Shown: piece after piece, positions 15,415 to 23,748 of the stretch
How the letters are laid out: each line of letters begins with the position of its first letter
Numbering within the stretch: position 1 is the stretch's first letter
DNA from: Candidatus Methylomirabilis limnetica
GTDB lineage: Bacteria > Methylomirabilota > Methylomirabilia > Methylomirabilales > Methylomirabilaceae
DNA length: 32,000 nucleotides
Reading direction: 5' to 3'
NCBI RefSeq assembly: GCF_003044035.1
Contig: NZ_NVQC01000017.1
Coordinates: 150,001 to 182,000 of the forward strand
The notes under the pieces: generated by a model
The model's input: the letters and a program-made list of their open reading frames with translations, nothing else
What the model was told of the DNA's origin: nothing
The model's database searches: none
Program-made: the position numbers and the translations under genes

Positions 15415-16872
15415 TCAGTAGCGCTGGGCGAGGCCCTCCCGCTCAACACGGTGTGGCCGATAGGCAACATTGGCCTCACTACAGGATTTGGTAGTGGGTA
15501 AGAGCTTGCCGGGGTTACACCGCGAAGAGGGGTCGAAGGCCACCCGAACTCTCCGCATCGCCTCGAGATCGTCCGGGCTATACATGAGCGGAACGAAGTC
15601 AATCTTCTCCATCCCGATCCCATGCTCCCCCGTGATGCTCCCGCCGACGGACAGACAGAGTCTCATGATCTCCGCCCCAGCCGCAATAGCCTTCTGCAGC
15701 TCTCCTTCCCTGCGGGAATCAAAGCAGATCAGGGGATGGAGGTTCCCATCACCCGCGTGGAAGACATTTGCGATCACAAAAGAGTTGCGCTCCGCAATCG
15801 CCTCGACCTCCCTGAGTACCTGCGGAAGTTTGGTCCGAGGGATCACGCCATCCTGCAGGTAGAATTCGTGGGTAATCCGGCCTACGGCTGCGACCGCACC
15901 CTTCCGTCCCCTCCAGAGGAGGGTCCGCTCCTGCTCATCCTTAGCGATGCGAAGGTCAAGGACATCATGCTGGGCGCAAATCCGCTCAATCCCCTTCGCC
16001 TGGGCCTCGATCTCCGCAGCCGGCCCATCCAGCTCGATCAGTAGCACCGCGCCGGCGCCTTCATGGTAGCCGATATGTAACCACGCCTCAAGCGCCTTAA
16101 TGATATGACGATCCATCATCTCCAGGGCTGAGGGGATAATGCCTGTGGCAATGATCTCCGATACCACTTCGCTGGCTGCGTCGATGGTGCGGAATGAGGC
16201 CAGCAGCGTCTTTACGGCATCGGCCTGGCGCAGGAGGCGGACGGTCACCTTCGTGGCGATCCCCAAGGTCCCTTCCGATCCGACAAAGAGGCCGGTAAGG
16301 TCATAGCCAGGACAGTCCAGCGTCTTCCCGCCAACCTGCACAATCTCTCCCGATGCCAGGACCAGCTCCAGCCCGAGAATATGCATCGCCGTGGTGCCAT
16401 ACTTGAGGCAGTGGGGGCCTCCGGAGTTCTCCGCCACGTTGCCGCCAATACTGGAGACGGCTTGACTCGCAGGATCCGGGGCAAAGTAATACCCACGATC
16501 AACAACGGCCTGAGTCAGGGTAAGATTCACCAGGCCCGGCTCTACTACCGCTCGCTGATTGGCAAGATCGATCTCCAGGATCCCGTTCATGCGGTTCAGC
16601 CCGACGATGACCCCGCCCTGAATCGCAATGGCGCCACCCGATAGCCCGGTGCCCGCTCCACGCGGCAGGAAGGGAAGCTGCTCCCTGTCACAGAACCTCA
16701 CCACCTCGGCCACCTGCTCTGTGCTGTCTGGAAGGACCACAACATCAGGCAGCGCCTTCCCCTGGTACGTCATCCCATCGCACTCGTACACGGTCAACTC
16801 GTCCGGGTCGGAGATGACCCACTCGCGGCCCACGATTGCTGCCAGTTCCTCCCCGATCCTTCGCTTATCCAT
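15415..16872 (-). CDS. glcD: FAD-linked oxidase, glycolate oxidase subunit GlcD-like
   Basis: 485 aa with a PCMH-type FAD-binding domain (VVLPDSTEQVAEVVRFCDREQLPFLPRGAGTGLSGGA) and a C-terminal FAD-oxidase domain (ITGEHGIGMEK). Confidence 0.85.
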   Translation of the reverse strand: MDKRRIGEELAAIVGREWVISDPDELTVYECDGMTYQGKALPDVVVLPDSTEQVAEVVRFCDREQLPFLPRGAGTGLSGGAIAIQGGVIVGLNRMNGILEIDLANQRAVVEPGLVNLTLTQAVVDRGYYFAPDPASQAVSSIGGNVAENSGGPHCLKYGTTAMHILGLELVLASGEIVQVGGKTLDCPGYDLTGLFVGSEGTLGIATKVTVRLLRQADAVKTLLASFRTIDAASEVVSEIIATGIIPSALEMMDRHIIKALEAWLHIGYHEGAGAVLLIELDGPAAEIEAQAKGIERICAQHDVLDLRIAKDEQERTLLWRGRKGAVAAVGRITHEFYLQDGVIPRTKLPQVLREVEAIAERNSFVIANVFHAGDGNLHPLICFDSRREGELQKAIAAGAEIMRLCLSVGGSITGEHGIGMEKIDFVPLMYSPDDLEAMRRVRVAFDPSSRCNPGKLLPTTKSCSEANVAYRPHRVEREGLAQRY

Positions 16873-16876
16873 GCTT

Positions 16877-16913
16877 ACCTATACCCTATCCCCTAAACCC
16901 TATACCCTGTCTT
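16877..16913. repeat. Half copy (C-rich arm) of the 7-nt-unit family
   Basis: ACCTATACCCTATCCCCTAAACCCTATACCCTGTCTT fills the 41-nt gap between the GlcE-like stop and the glcD start. Its 3' end (AACCCTATACCCTGTCTTTC) is the same as in the copy at 15395-15414. Confidence 0.75.
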
Positions 16914-18275
16914 TCAGATTCCTCCCACGAAACGACCAGGGTTGAGGAGCCCTTGGGGGTCGAATTGTTGCTTCAATTTCTGCATCAGGAATAGAGCGTT
17001 TCCGACCGGACCCCACACATCGATACTGGCCTTGATCGCTGGCCGAGCCGACAGGATCACCAGGCTTCCACCATCGCGTAGGACCCATCTCCGAAGCTCC
17101 TCAACCCCCTTCGCGATGGCGGCCGGATCTTTCTCCGGCGAACCCGTCTCATCTCTCCAATACAGCCGGACGATCCCGCAGCCGGCATCAGAGACGGCGG
17201 CCGACTCCAGGCCGAGATCGCGGCCAAGCGCTTCAGCGCGATGAATGGTCTCAAGGACCTTTGTCAGCGGGACACTCGCCTTCAGCATCGTCCAACTCCG
17301 GCCATCGCCGCTCGCTGACGGAAAGTCGCAGATGGCTCTCCACACGCTTTCTTGCGCGCTCCCCTCTACGAGGAATCCAGCCACGGCCCCCTCCTGGTGA
17401 CAGAGCTTCCTGATGGCCGAGATCTGGGTATCCACCGCCTCGGATATACTTCCCACTGACACAGCCACCGCGACAGTGTCCGCCGGAAGAGCACAGCCGG
17501 CCTGCCTGCCAACCGATTGCGCCGCAAAGGACGAGAGGAGTTCGACCCTTGCGCAGACGATGGTTGAGTGGAGGATCTGAGCTACCGCACACGCAGCCGC
17601 CTCACCCGTCAGGAACGTCGCTATCCAGGTTCGCTCCACGGCCGGCAGTGGATAGAGCCTCAAGGTGGCCTCGAGAATAATCCCAAGAGTCCCTAGCGAG
17701 CCGACGTAGAGTTTGTTCATGTCGTACCCGCTGACGCTCTTGACCACCTTCGCGCCGCCCTTCGTGAGAGTGCCATCGGCATGGACAACGCGAATCCCGA
17801 TGACCATGTCGCGGGCGGTCCCATACCGATGCCGCCACGGGCCGCTCGAATTGGTGGCGAGGATACCCCCGATCGTTACCTGCTCGCAGCACGCCGGATC
17901 GAAGGGCAGAAACTGACCGCTGCGATGGAGAGACGTCTGAGCCTCGCGAAGCAGCATCCCGGCCTGAAAGGTCGCCGTAAGATCGCCCGGTTCGTAATCG
18001 ATGATCTGATTGAGCCGCTTTAGCCCAACAACCAGATCGACCCTCGCAGGGATGCCCCCAAGGCCGATCTTCGTTCCGCTCCCCCACGGCACAACCGAAA
18101 GTCGCTCGGAGGATGCGAGCCTCATGACCTCGGAGAGCGAGGCCGCATCCGCAGGAAAGACAACCGCCCTTGGAGCCTTGTCATCCACGGCGTATGGGGC
18201 ACAGAACTCCGCCGCTACAACATGGTCAGCCCCGACAATGCCAGCCAGCCGCTCTCGCAGGCTTTCAAAGTTCAT
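16914..18275 (-). CDS. FAD-binding oxidoreductase (GlcE-like / second GlcD paralogue)
   Basis: 453 aa with a FAD_binding_4-type N-domain (VVFPADAASLSEVMRLASSERLSVVPWGSGTKIGLGG). It is directly upstream of and co-directional with glcD. Confidence 0.8.
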   Translation of the reverse strand: MNFESLRERLAGIVGADHVVAAEFCAPYAVDDKAPRAVVFPADAASLSEVMRLASSERLSVVPWGSGTKIGLGGIPARVDLVVGLKRLNQIIDYEPGDLTATFQAGMLLREAQTSLHRSGQFLPFDPACCEQVTIGGILATNSSGPWRHRYGTARDMVIGIRVVHADGTLTKGGAKVVKSVSGYDMNKLYVGSLGTLGIILEATLRLYPLPAVERTWIATFLTGEAAACAVAQILHSTIVCARVELLSSFAAQSVGRQAGCALPADTVAVAVSVGSISEAVDTQISAIRKLCHQEGAVAGFLVEGSAQESVWRAICDFPSASGDGRSWTMLKASVPLTKVLETIHRAEALGRDLGLESAAVSDAGCGIVRLYWRDETGSPEKDPAAIAKGVEELRRWVLRDGGSLVILSARPAIKASIDVWGPVGNALFLMQKLKQQFDPQGLLNPGRFVGGI

Positions 18276-18282
18276 GGTTCAT

Positions 18283-18329
18283 AAATCCCCCCAACCCCCC
18301 TTTGGTAAAGGGGGGCGAGGGGGGATTTT
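18283..18329. repeat. Nested GC palindrome (family A, archetypal copy)
   Basis: AAATCCCCCCaaCCCCCCTTTggtAAAGGGGGGcgaGGGGGGATTTT. It lies in the gap between the aminotransferase stop and the GlcE-like start. Confidence 0.85.
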
Positions 18330-18350
18330 GTGACTCGTCAACTGTCAACC

Positions 18351-19718
18351 CTACAGCACACCCTCGTCCTGCATCAGGCGGAGCGCAGCCTCGAAGGCTC
18401 GGATCGTCTTCTCGATGTCCTCATCCGAGTGCGCTGCCGAGACCCACCCGTGGAAGAGGGGGAAATCGACGCCGTGCAGGATCAGTGCGCACCGTAGCCG
18501 GTGATAGGCCTCCTGGTTCGGATGGTTCATGAGGAGGTGGTGGTCAGACTTGCATGAGGGTCGGTCGGGGACAAGGCCATGACGATGAGGCCCGAGGAAG
18601 AGGTTGACGATTGAAGATTCACCGTAGACACAGGCATCCACCCCAAGTGCCTTGATGACCTCGGTAAGCCCGTTCCGTAACGTCTGTCCTGCACGATCGA
18701 CTTCGATCTGGACTTGGCCGTCAGCCAGAAGCGAGAGTGTCGCCAGGCCGGCCGCCGCTGAGAGCGGATTCGCGTTGAAGGTCCCGGCATGGCTCACCCG
18801 CTCTTCCCGGTTCCATACCGGATCGTCCCTGAAGGCCAACTGGTCCATCAGAGGGGCGCTACCGACTACGGCCCCACCAGGGAGCCCCCCGGCCAGGATC
18901 TTGGCCAGCGTGGTCAGGTCTGCGTAAATCCCATACCTCTGCTGCGCGCCACCAGGGGCCAAACGGAATCCGCTAATCACCTCGTCGAAGATGAGAACCA
19001 CGCCCTGGGCATGGGTAAATTCCCGGAGCCGGGTCAGGAAGTCGTGGTCGGTAGGGATCGTGCCGCAACTGCCACCCCCAGGCTCCAGGATTACACCGGC
19101 GATATCGTCCCTGCCTGAGGCCAGAGTCATGAAAGCATCCCAGTCGTTCGGTGGGCAAATGAGGATCTCATCAAGGACGCCTTGCGGCACGCCGGCGGAA
19201 ACAGGCCGGCCAAAGGGCGGACGGACCGCGACCACCGCATAGTCGTGCCATCCGTGAAAGTGGCCCTCGAACTTGACGATCTTGCCCCTGCCCGTTGCAG
19301 CCCGAGCGAGCCGGATCGCCAGAAGCGTCGCCTCAGTCCCCGAGCCGACGAAGCGAATTCGATCGACCCAGGGGGTAAGCTTCAGCACCTGCTCGGCCCA
19401 CCGAACCTCCAGTTCGTGACAGGCGCCGTAGTGGGTCCCGCGGTCAAGCTGCTCGGCAATGGCTCCTCGAACAGCCGGGTGCCCATGGCCAAGGATAAGC
19501 GCCCCATGTCCCACCCAGTAGTCGATTAACTCGTGACCATCGACGTCCCACTTACTAGATCCTTGGGCCCGATCCACGTAGATGGGGAAGGGATGCAGGT
19601 GCCGGATGTCATGGGTCAGGCCTCCGGCAATGGTCACCTTGGCTCGACGGAACAGAACCTCCGAACGAGGATGTATCCGGCGAAACTGCTCGTAGATTGA
19701 TACCCCGCTCTTCTTCAA
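18351..19718 (-). CDS. Class-III aminotransferase, glutamate-1-semialdehyde 2,1-aminomutase-like
   Basis: HemL-like blocks are present: LFRRAKVTIAGG, WDVDGHELIDYWVGHGALILGHGHP, RFVGSGTEATLLAIRLARAATGRGKIVKFEGHFHG and the PLP-Lys region TTLAKILAGGLPGGA. The start is set to TTG 19718, 7 nt after AAGGAGA. The track start at ATG 19817 falls inside a promoter-like spacer. Confidence 0.8.
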   Translation of the reverse strand: MKKSGVSIYEQFRRIHPRSEVLFRRAKVTIAGGLTHDIRHLHPFPIYVDRAQGSSKWDVDGHELIDYWVGHGALILGHGHPAVRGAIAEQLDRGTHYGACHELEVRWAEQVLKLTPWVDRIRFVGSGTEATLLAIRLARAATGRGKIVKFEGHFHGWHDYAVVAVRPPFGRPVSAGVPQGVLDEILICPPNDWDAFMTLASGRDDIAGVILEPGGGSCGTIPTDHDFLTRLREFTHAQGVVLIFDEVISGFRLAPGGAQQRYGIYADLTTLAKILAGGLPGGAVVGSAPLMDQLAFRDDPVWNREERVSHAGTFNANPLSAAAGLATLSLLADGQVQIEVDRAGQTLRNGLTEVIKALGVDACVYGESSIVNLFLGPHRHGLVPDRPSCKSDHHLLMNHPNQEAYHRLRCALILHGVDFPLFHGWVSAAHSDEDIEKTIRAFEAALRLMQDEGVL

Positions 19719-19751
19719 GCCGTTATCTCCTTCACTATAGCCTGCATAGCA

Positions 19752-19805
19752 GTTTTGAGTTTCGAGTCTGAAGTAAAGATTTCTCCACCCCGAAACTCGG
19801 CTCGG
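19752..19805. repeat. Degenerate copy of the GTTTCGA 7-nt-unit inverted repeat
   Basis: GTTTTGAGTTTCGAGTC, then a spacer, then CCGAAACTCGGCTCGG. It lies in the predicted 5' UTR of the aminotransferase gene and belongs to the same unit family as 30217-30291. Confidence 0.55.
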
Positions 19806-19807
19806 AG

Positions 19808-19836
19808 AACGTACCATGCCGTCATTTCACTGTCAA
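19808..19836 (-). promoter_or_regulatory. Candidate sigma70 promoter of the aminotransferase-glcE-glcD operon
   Basis: On the minus strand: TTGACA (19836..19831), a 17-nt spacer, then TACGTT (19813..19808). Confidence 0.35.
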
Positions 19837-19920
19837 CGCGGCCTCGCGTACCGCGATAGCTCGCGCTGCGCTGCCCATATGGCTTCACGGGCCGCCTGCT
19901 TAACGGTCGATAGTTGCCTC

Positions 19921-20288
19921 ATGTAAATGTAATAAGTGTAACCTATTGTAAATACAGTGTTTTTTAACCAACAAATGATTATTTTCCCAAGCCCACAAAT
20001 GACTTGACAGTCGTGATGGAGTGGGCTAAAAGAGACGTCTCCTTAACAACGTCATGCGGGTAATTGCACATGAGACACGGTTTCCCACAGCCACCTTATC
20101 TGTCGAACTCGTCACGCGTCGGGGACGATGGGCCTCTTCATGAGGCGCGACAAGCATTTACGCCTTATCCACACCTGTGGATAACCCTGTGGATAATGGA
20201 AACCCCATCTGGCAAAGACTCTATAGGAATCGTACAGCATTTTCTTAATAGATTCAACAGGTTAGATAGGGAGGCTTCCTGTGGATAA
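19921..20288. other. Candidate oriC / dnaA regulatory region (AT-rich tract plus DnaA-box cluster)
   Basis: The stretch 19921-19990 is AT-rich (atgtaaatgtaataagtgtaacctattgtaaatacagtgttttttaaccaacaaatgattatttt) in an otherwise GC-rich window. Four perfect TTATCCACA boxes are present: 20165-20173 (+), 20176-20184 (-), 20188-20196 (-) and 20280-20288 (-). The last overlaps the dnaA GTG start. Confidence 0.65.
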
Positions 20289-21666
20289 CAATGGGCACGG
20301 TGCGCAGGTGAATCCGATCAATTCGTCCACCAGGGCACATGAGATCTGGCAAGAGGCCCTCTCAATCATCCAGGGTAAGGTCACACGCCAAAGCTTCGAC
20401 AATTGGTTTCGCCCCCTGGCCCTGGAGTCGTTGGAAGACTCATGCGTCACGGTTCAGCTCCCGAATCAATTCTTTAAGGAGTGGTTTGAGGACCACCATC
20501 TAACTGTACTCAAATCGGTACTCGCGGATCTGATGTTCGCCAGCGTCGAGGTCATCCTCCGCATTGCTGAGCCAGGGGGGCAGGGCGAGCCAGATGTAAA
20601 ACCCGAACCTGCCGTCAGACGACCAGTGAAGCGATTCCGGAACGAATCTGCAGTCCTCAACCCGAAGTATGTCTTCGAGAACTTCGTCGTAGGGAGCTCC
20701 AACCAGTTCGCCCACGCCGGCTGTCTGGCCGTGGCAGAGCAGCTTTCGAAAGCGTACAATCCGCTCTTTATCTATGGGGGCGTTGGCTTAGGGAAGACTC
20801 ACCTGCTCCATGCCATCGGCCACCTGGCCCTCAAGCGAAATAATAGGCTCAGGCTTGCCTATGTCTCATCCGAGAAGTTTACGAACGACCTGATTAATGC
20901 CATCCGTTTCGATTCCACTGGTGAGTTCCGCAACCGCTACCGTAGCCTGGACCTGCTTCTCATCGACGATATCCAGTTTATCGCCGGCAAAGAGCGGACC
21001 CAGGAGGAGTTCTTCCATACCTTTAATGATCTGTACGACTCCTCCAAGCAGATCGTGGTCACCTCTGACAGCCTCCCGCGCGAGATCCCCACGCTGGAGG
21101 AGCGGCTACGTTCCCGGTTCGAGTGGGGTCTGATCGCTGACATCCAGTTGCCGGACCTCGAGACCAAGGCTGCCATCCTTCGGAAAAAGGCGCAGGCGGA
21201 TGGCGCGCGGATCCCTGATGATGTCTCACTCTTTATCGCCAAGAACGTGCAGTCAAGTATCCGGGAACTGGAAGGCTCGTTGGTCCGCCTCATCGCCTAC
21301 GCCTCGCTGACGGGCCGCGACATCACCTTAGAGCTCGCCCAGGAGACACTGAAGGAACTGAACGCCGAGCGGGCCAAGGTCATCACGCTGACCGCCATAC
21401 AGCACACGGTGGCCGACTTCTATCGCGTCAAGGTCGAGGATCTCAAATCCAAGGGCAGAAACCAGGGTGTGGTTCTGCCGCGCCAGGTCGCCATGTACCT
21501 CAGTCGAACACTCACCGCCTCCTCGCTGCCGGTTATCGGCGAGGCGTTCGGCGGAAAGGACCATACGACAGTGATCCACTCCTGCGAGAAGATCAAGCGG
21601 AGGCTCGCAACGGATGAGGCATTCCGGCGACAAATCGACTCCCTCTCCCAAACGATCACCTCTTAG
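20281..21666 (+). CDS. dnaA: Chromosomal replication initiator protein DnaA
   Basis: GTG start with GGGAGG 6 nt upstream. Present are the AAA+ Walker A (GGVGLGKTHLL), Walker B (LLLIDDIQF), sensor/box VII (VVTSD) and the C-terminal DnaA-box binding signature (ARQVAMYLSRTLT...IGEAFGGKDHTTVIHS). Confidence 0.95.
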   Translation: MDNNGHGAQVNPINSSTRAHEIWQEALSIIQGKVTRQSFDNWFRPLALESLEDSCVTVQLPNQFFKEWFEDHHLTVLKSVLADLMFASVEVILRIAEPGGQGEPDVKPEPAVRRPVKRFRNESAVLNPKYVFENFVVGSSNQFAHAGCLAVAEQLSKAYNPLFIYGGVGLGKTHLLHAIGHLALKRNNRLRLAYVSSEKFTNDLINAIRFDSTGEFRNRYRSLDLLLIDDIQFIAGKERTQEEFFHTFNDLYDSSKQIVVTSDSLPREIPTLEERLRSRFEWGLIADIQLPDLETKAAILRKKAQADGARIPDDVSLFIAKNVQSSIRELEGSLVRLIAYASLTGRDITLELAQETLKELNAERAKVITLTAIQHTVADFYRVKVEDLKSKGRNQGVVLPRQVAMYLSRTLTASSLPVIGEAFGGKDHTTVIHSCEKIKRRLATDEAFRRQIDSLSQTITS

Positions 21667-21696
21667 CGCCCTGAGTCAGAAGTTCGCAGCAGAAGA

Positions 21697-21810
21697 CCCC
21701 CTCTCCCCCAGGCGGGAGAGGGCTGGGGTGAGGGGGTGCGTGTCCGCACAAAGCGCCCTCACCTGAACTCTCTCCCAGCCCTTAGGGCAGCCACAAGGGA
21801 CTGCCCCTAC
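21697..21810. repeat. Composite palindromic repeats downstream of dnaA, ending in REP-like hairpin B
   Basis: CCCTCTCCcccaggcgGGAGAGGG comes first. GGCTGGGGTGAGGG then pairs with CCCTCACC...CCCAGCC. The module ends with GGGCAGCCacaagGGACTGCCCCTAC (21785-21810). Confidence 0.7.
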
Positions 21811-21846
21811 ACACCCCGGACTGCGCTTTGCACATCGCATTGACCG

Positions 21847-21875
21847 TTGCCTAAACCGGACCGTTCACATATTAT
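21847..21875 (+). promoter_or_regulatory. Candidate promoter giving a leaderless transcript for the epimerase gene
   Basis: TTGCCT (21847-21852), a 17-nt spacer, TATTAT (21870-21875), then 6 nt to ATG 21882. There is no purine-rich SD in between. Confidence 0.3.
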
Positions 21876-21881
21876 CCAGTC

Positions 21882-22874
21882 ATGCTGACACTTGTTACGG
21901 GTGGGACGGGCTTCGTCGGCGCCGCCGTCGTTCGCCTGTTGCTTGCGGAGGGGCATGCCGTTCGGGCGCTGGCTCGGCGCGGGAGCAACCTCCAAAACCT
22001 CGACGGCCTTGACCTTGAGTTGGCCTTTGGCGATCTCCTTGATAAGGAAACCTTACGACACGCTCTCAAGGGGTGCCGAAGGCTCTACCATGTCGGGGCT
22101 CACTACTCGCTCTGGGAGCCCTCATCGGAGGTCTTTTACCGGGTCAACGTGGACGGCACCAGAAAGCTCCTGGAAGCCGCCATGGAGGAAGGGGTTGAGC
22201 GGGTTGTCTATACCAGTACCGTCGGCACGCTCGGCTATCGGCACGATGGCAGCCCAGCCGACGAGGAGACACCGTCCTGTCTTGACCAGATGACCGGCCA
22301 CTACAAGCGGTCAAAGTTCCTGGCCGAAGAAGAGGCACGAGGGGCCGTGCGTCGAGGACTGCCGGTCGTGATCGTCAACCCGAGCACTCCGGTCGGACCC
22401 CGCGACATTAAACCTACTCCAACGGGTCAGATCATCGTCGATTTCTTGAACCGTCGAATGCCGGCGTATATCGATACTGGCCTGAATTTCATCGACGTAG
22501 CAGATGTGGCCCGAGGTCATCTACTCGCCGCCGAACGTGGCCGGGTCGGAGAGCGGTACATCCTCGGCCGGAGCAACCTGACGCTTCAGCAGCTCTTCGC
22601 CACCCTGGGACAGATTGCGAAGCTCCCGCCGCCAAGAGTTCGTCTGCCATACCGGCTGATTCTACCGCTGGCCTATGGGAACCACTGGATTTCCTCCCTC
22701 ATCACCAAGAAGCCGCCACGAATCCCCTTAGAGGGGGTGAAGATGGCCAAGCGGCGCATGTTTTTTGACGCCTCCAAGGCTGTAAGGGAGCTGGGGCTAC
22801 CGCAATCGCCGATCGAGCAGGCGCTTGAGGAGGCCGTCCGCTGGTTCACCGATCACGGATATGTCACGAAATAA
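21882..22874 (+). CDS. NAD-dependent epimerase/dehydratase (SDR, HpnA-like hopanoid-associated sugar epimerase / dihydroflavonol-reductase-like)
   Basis: The N-terminal VTGGTGFVGAAVVRLLL (GxxGxxG) and catalytic YKRSK (YxxxK) are present. Length and overall pattern recall HpnA-type proteins, but that assignment is from memory and not verified. Confidence 0.8.
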   Translation: MLTLVTGGTGFVGAAVVRLLLAEGHAVRALARRGSNLQNLDGLDLELAFGDLLDKETLRHALKGCRRLYHVGAHYSLWEPSSEVFYRVNVDGTRKLLEAAMEEGVERVVYTSTVGTLGYRHDGSPADEETPSCLDQMTGHYKRSKFLAEEEARGAVRRGLPVVIVNPSTPVGPRDIKPTPTGQIIVDFLNRRMPAYIDTGLNFIDVADVARGHLLAAERGRVGERYILGRSNLTLQQLFATLGQIAKLPPPRVRLPYRLILPLAYGNHWISSLITKKPPRIPLEGVKMAKRRMFFDASKAVRELGLPQSPIEQALEEAVRWFTDHGYVTK

Positions 22875-22886
22875 CGTGCGGGGCAC

Positions 22887-22960
22887 AAAACCCCCACCCC
22901 CCCCTTTACAAAAGGGGGGGGTGGGGGTTTTGAATGTAGGGGCAGCCCTCGTGGCTGCCC
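22887..22960. repeat. Family-A palindrome plus inverted REP-like hairpin B between convergent genes (possible bidirectional terminator)
   Basis: CAAAACCCCCAcCCCCCCCTTTacaAAAGGGGGGGGtGGGGGTTTTG (22887-22932), followed by GTAGGGGCAGCCctcgtGGCTGCCC (22936-22960). Confidence 0.75.
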
Positions 22961-22972
22961 TCTGTGCGAACC

Positions 22973-23722
22973 TCATAGCCTCTGCCAAAGCCATTGCGGC
23001 GTCAGGCGAAGCGCATACGTCGAGAGGATCGTGAAATAGTTGGTGAGCAGGAGGCCGCCGACAAAAACGAGGAAGATCCCGCCAACGGTACTCACAACCG
23101 GTATCAACCGTTTGTACCGGTCAAAATAGTCGAGAAAGCGATTGAGGGCGAGGGCGCTCAAAAAGAACGGGATGGCGAGGCCGAGCGAGTAGGCGCCGAG
23201 CATCATGATCCCCGTATAGGCAGTCTTGGCCGTGCTCGCGTACAGCAGGATGGAACCCAGAATCGGGCCGACACACGGGGTCCATCCGGCAGCAAAGGTC
23301 ACCCCCACGATGAACGCGCCCAGATATCCGGCCGGTCGATCCTTTAGCTCAAACTGGAAGGTCCGCGTGAGAAAAGGGAACTTGAGGAAACCGGCAATGT
23401 ACAGGCCGAACAGGATGACCAGCACGCCCCCGACCTTCCTGAGAATCTGTTGGTAGTCAAACAGGAGCTGACCCAGCAGACTAAAGGAGGCGCCCAACGA
23501 CATGAACACCACGGAAAAGCCGAAGATGAAGCAGAGGGCGTTCAGGATGATCGCCCGGCGTGTTCTTATATTGTTCACTGAGCCCGATAGTTCACTGAAC
23601 GAGAGGCCGGTTATGAAGGAGAGGTAGGAGGGAAAGATCGGAAGCACGCAGGGTGAGAGGAAGGAAAGGATCCCGGCCCCCAGGGCCATCCAGATGGTCA
23701 ATGCTCCGTCGGTCCCCAACAT
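22973..23722 (-). CDS. ccdA: Cytochrome c biogenesis / thiol-disulfide electron conduit CcdA (DsbD-family membrane protein)
   Basis: 249 aa and polytopic. The two conserved Cys motifs are LSFLSPCVLPIFP and AAGWTPCVGPILG. Confidence 0.88.
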   Translation of the reverse strand: MLGTDGALTIWMALGAGILSFLSPCVLPIFPSYLSFITGLSFSELSGSVNNIRTRRAIILNALCFIFGFSVVFMSLGASFSLLGQLLFDYQQILRKVGGVLVILFGLYIAGFLKFPFLTRTFQFELKDRPAGYLGAFIVGVTFAAGWTPCVGPILGSILLYASTAKTAYTGIMMLGAYSLGLAIPFFLSALALNRFLDYFDRYKRLIPVVSTVGGIFLVFVGGLLLTNYFTILSTYALRLTPQWLWQRL

Positions 23723-23748
23723 CAGCAGCCTATCGTCTTGGCCCTGCC

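Noticed and set aside
16891-16900. Telomere-like CCCTAAA unit within the C-rich arm
   Set aside because: It is a single unit inside a degenerate heptamer array on an evidently circular-type bacterial locus (dnaA, DnaA boxes), so the resemblance is coincidental.
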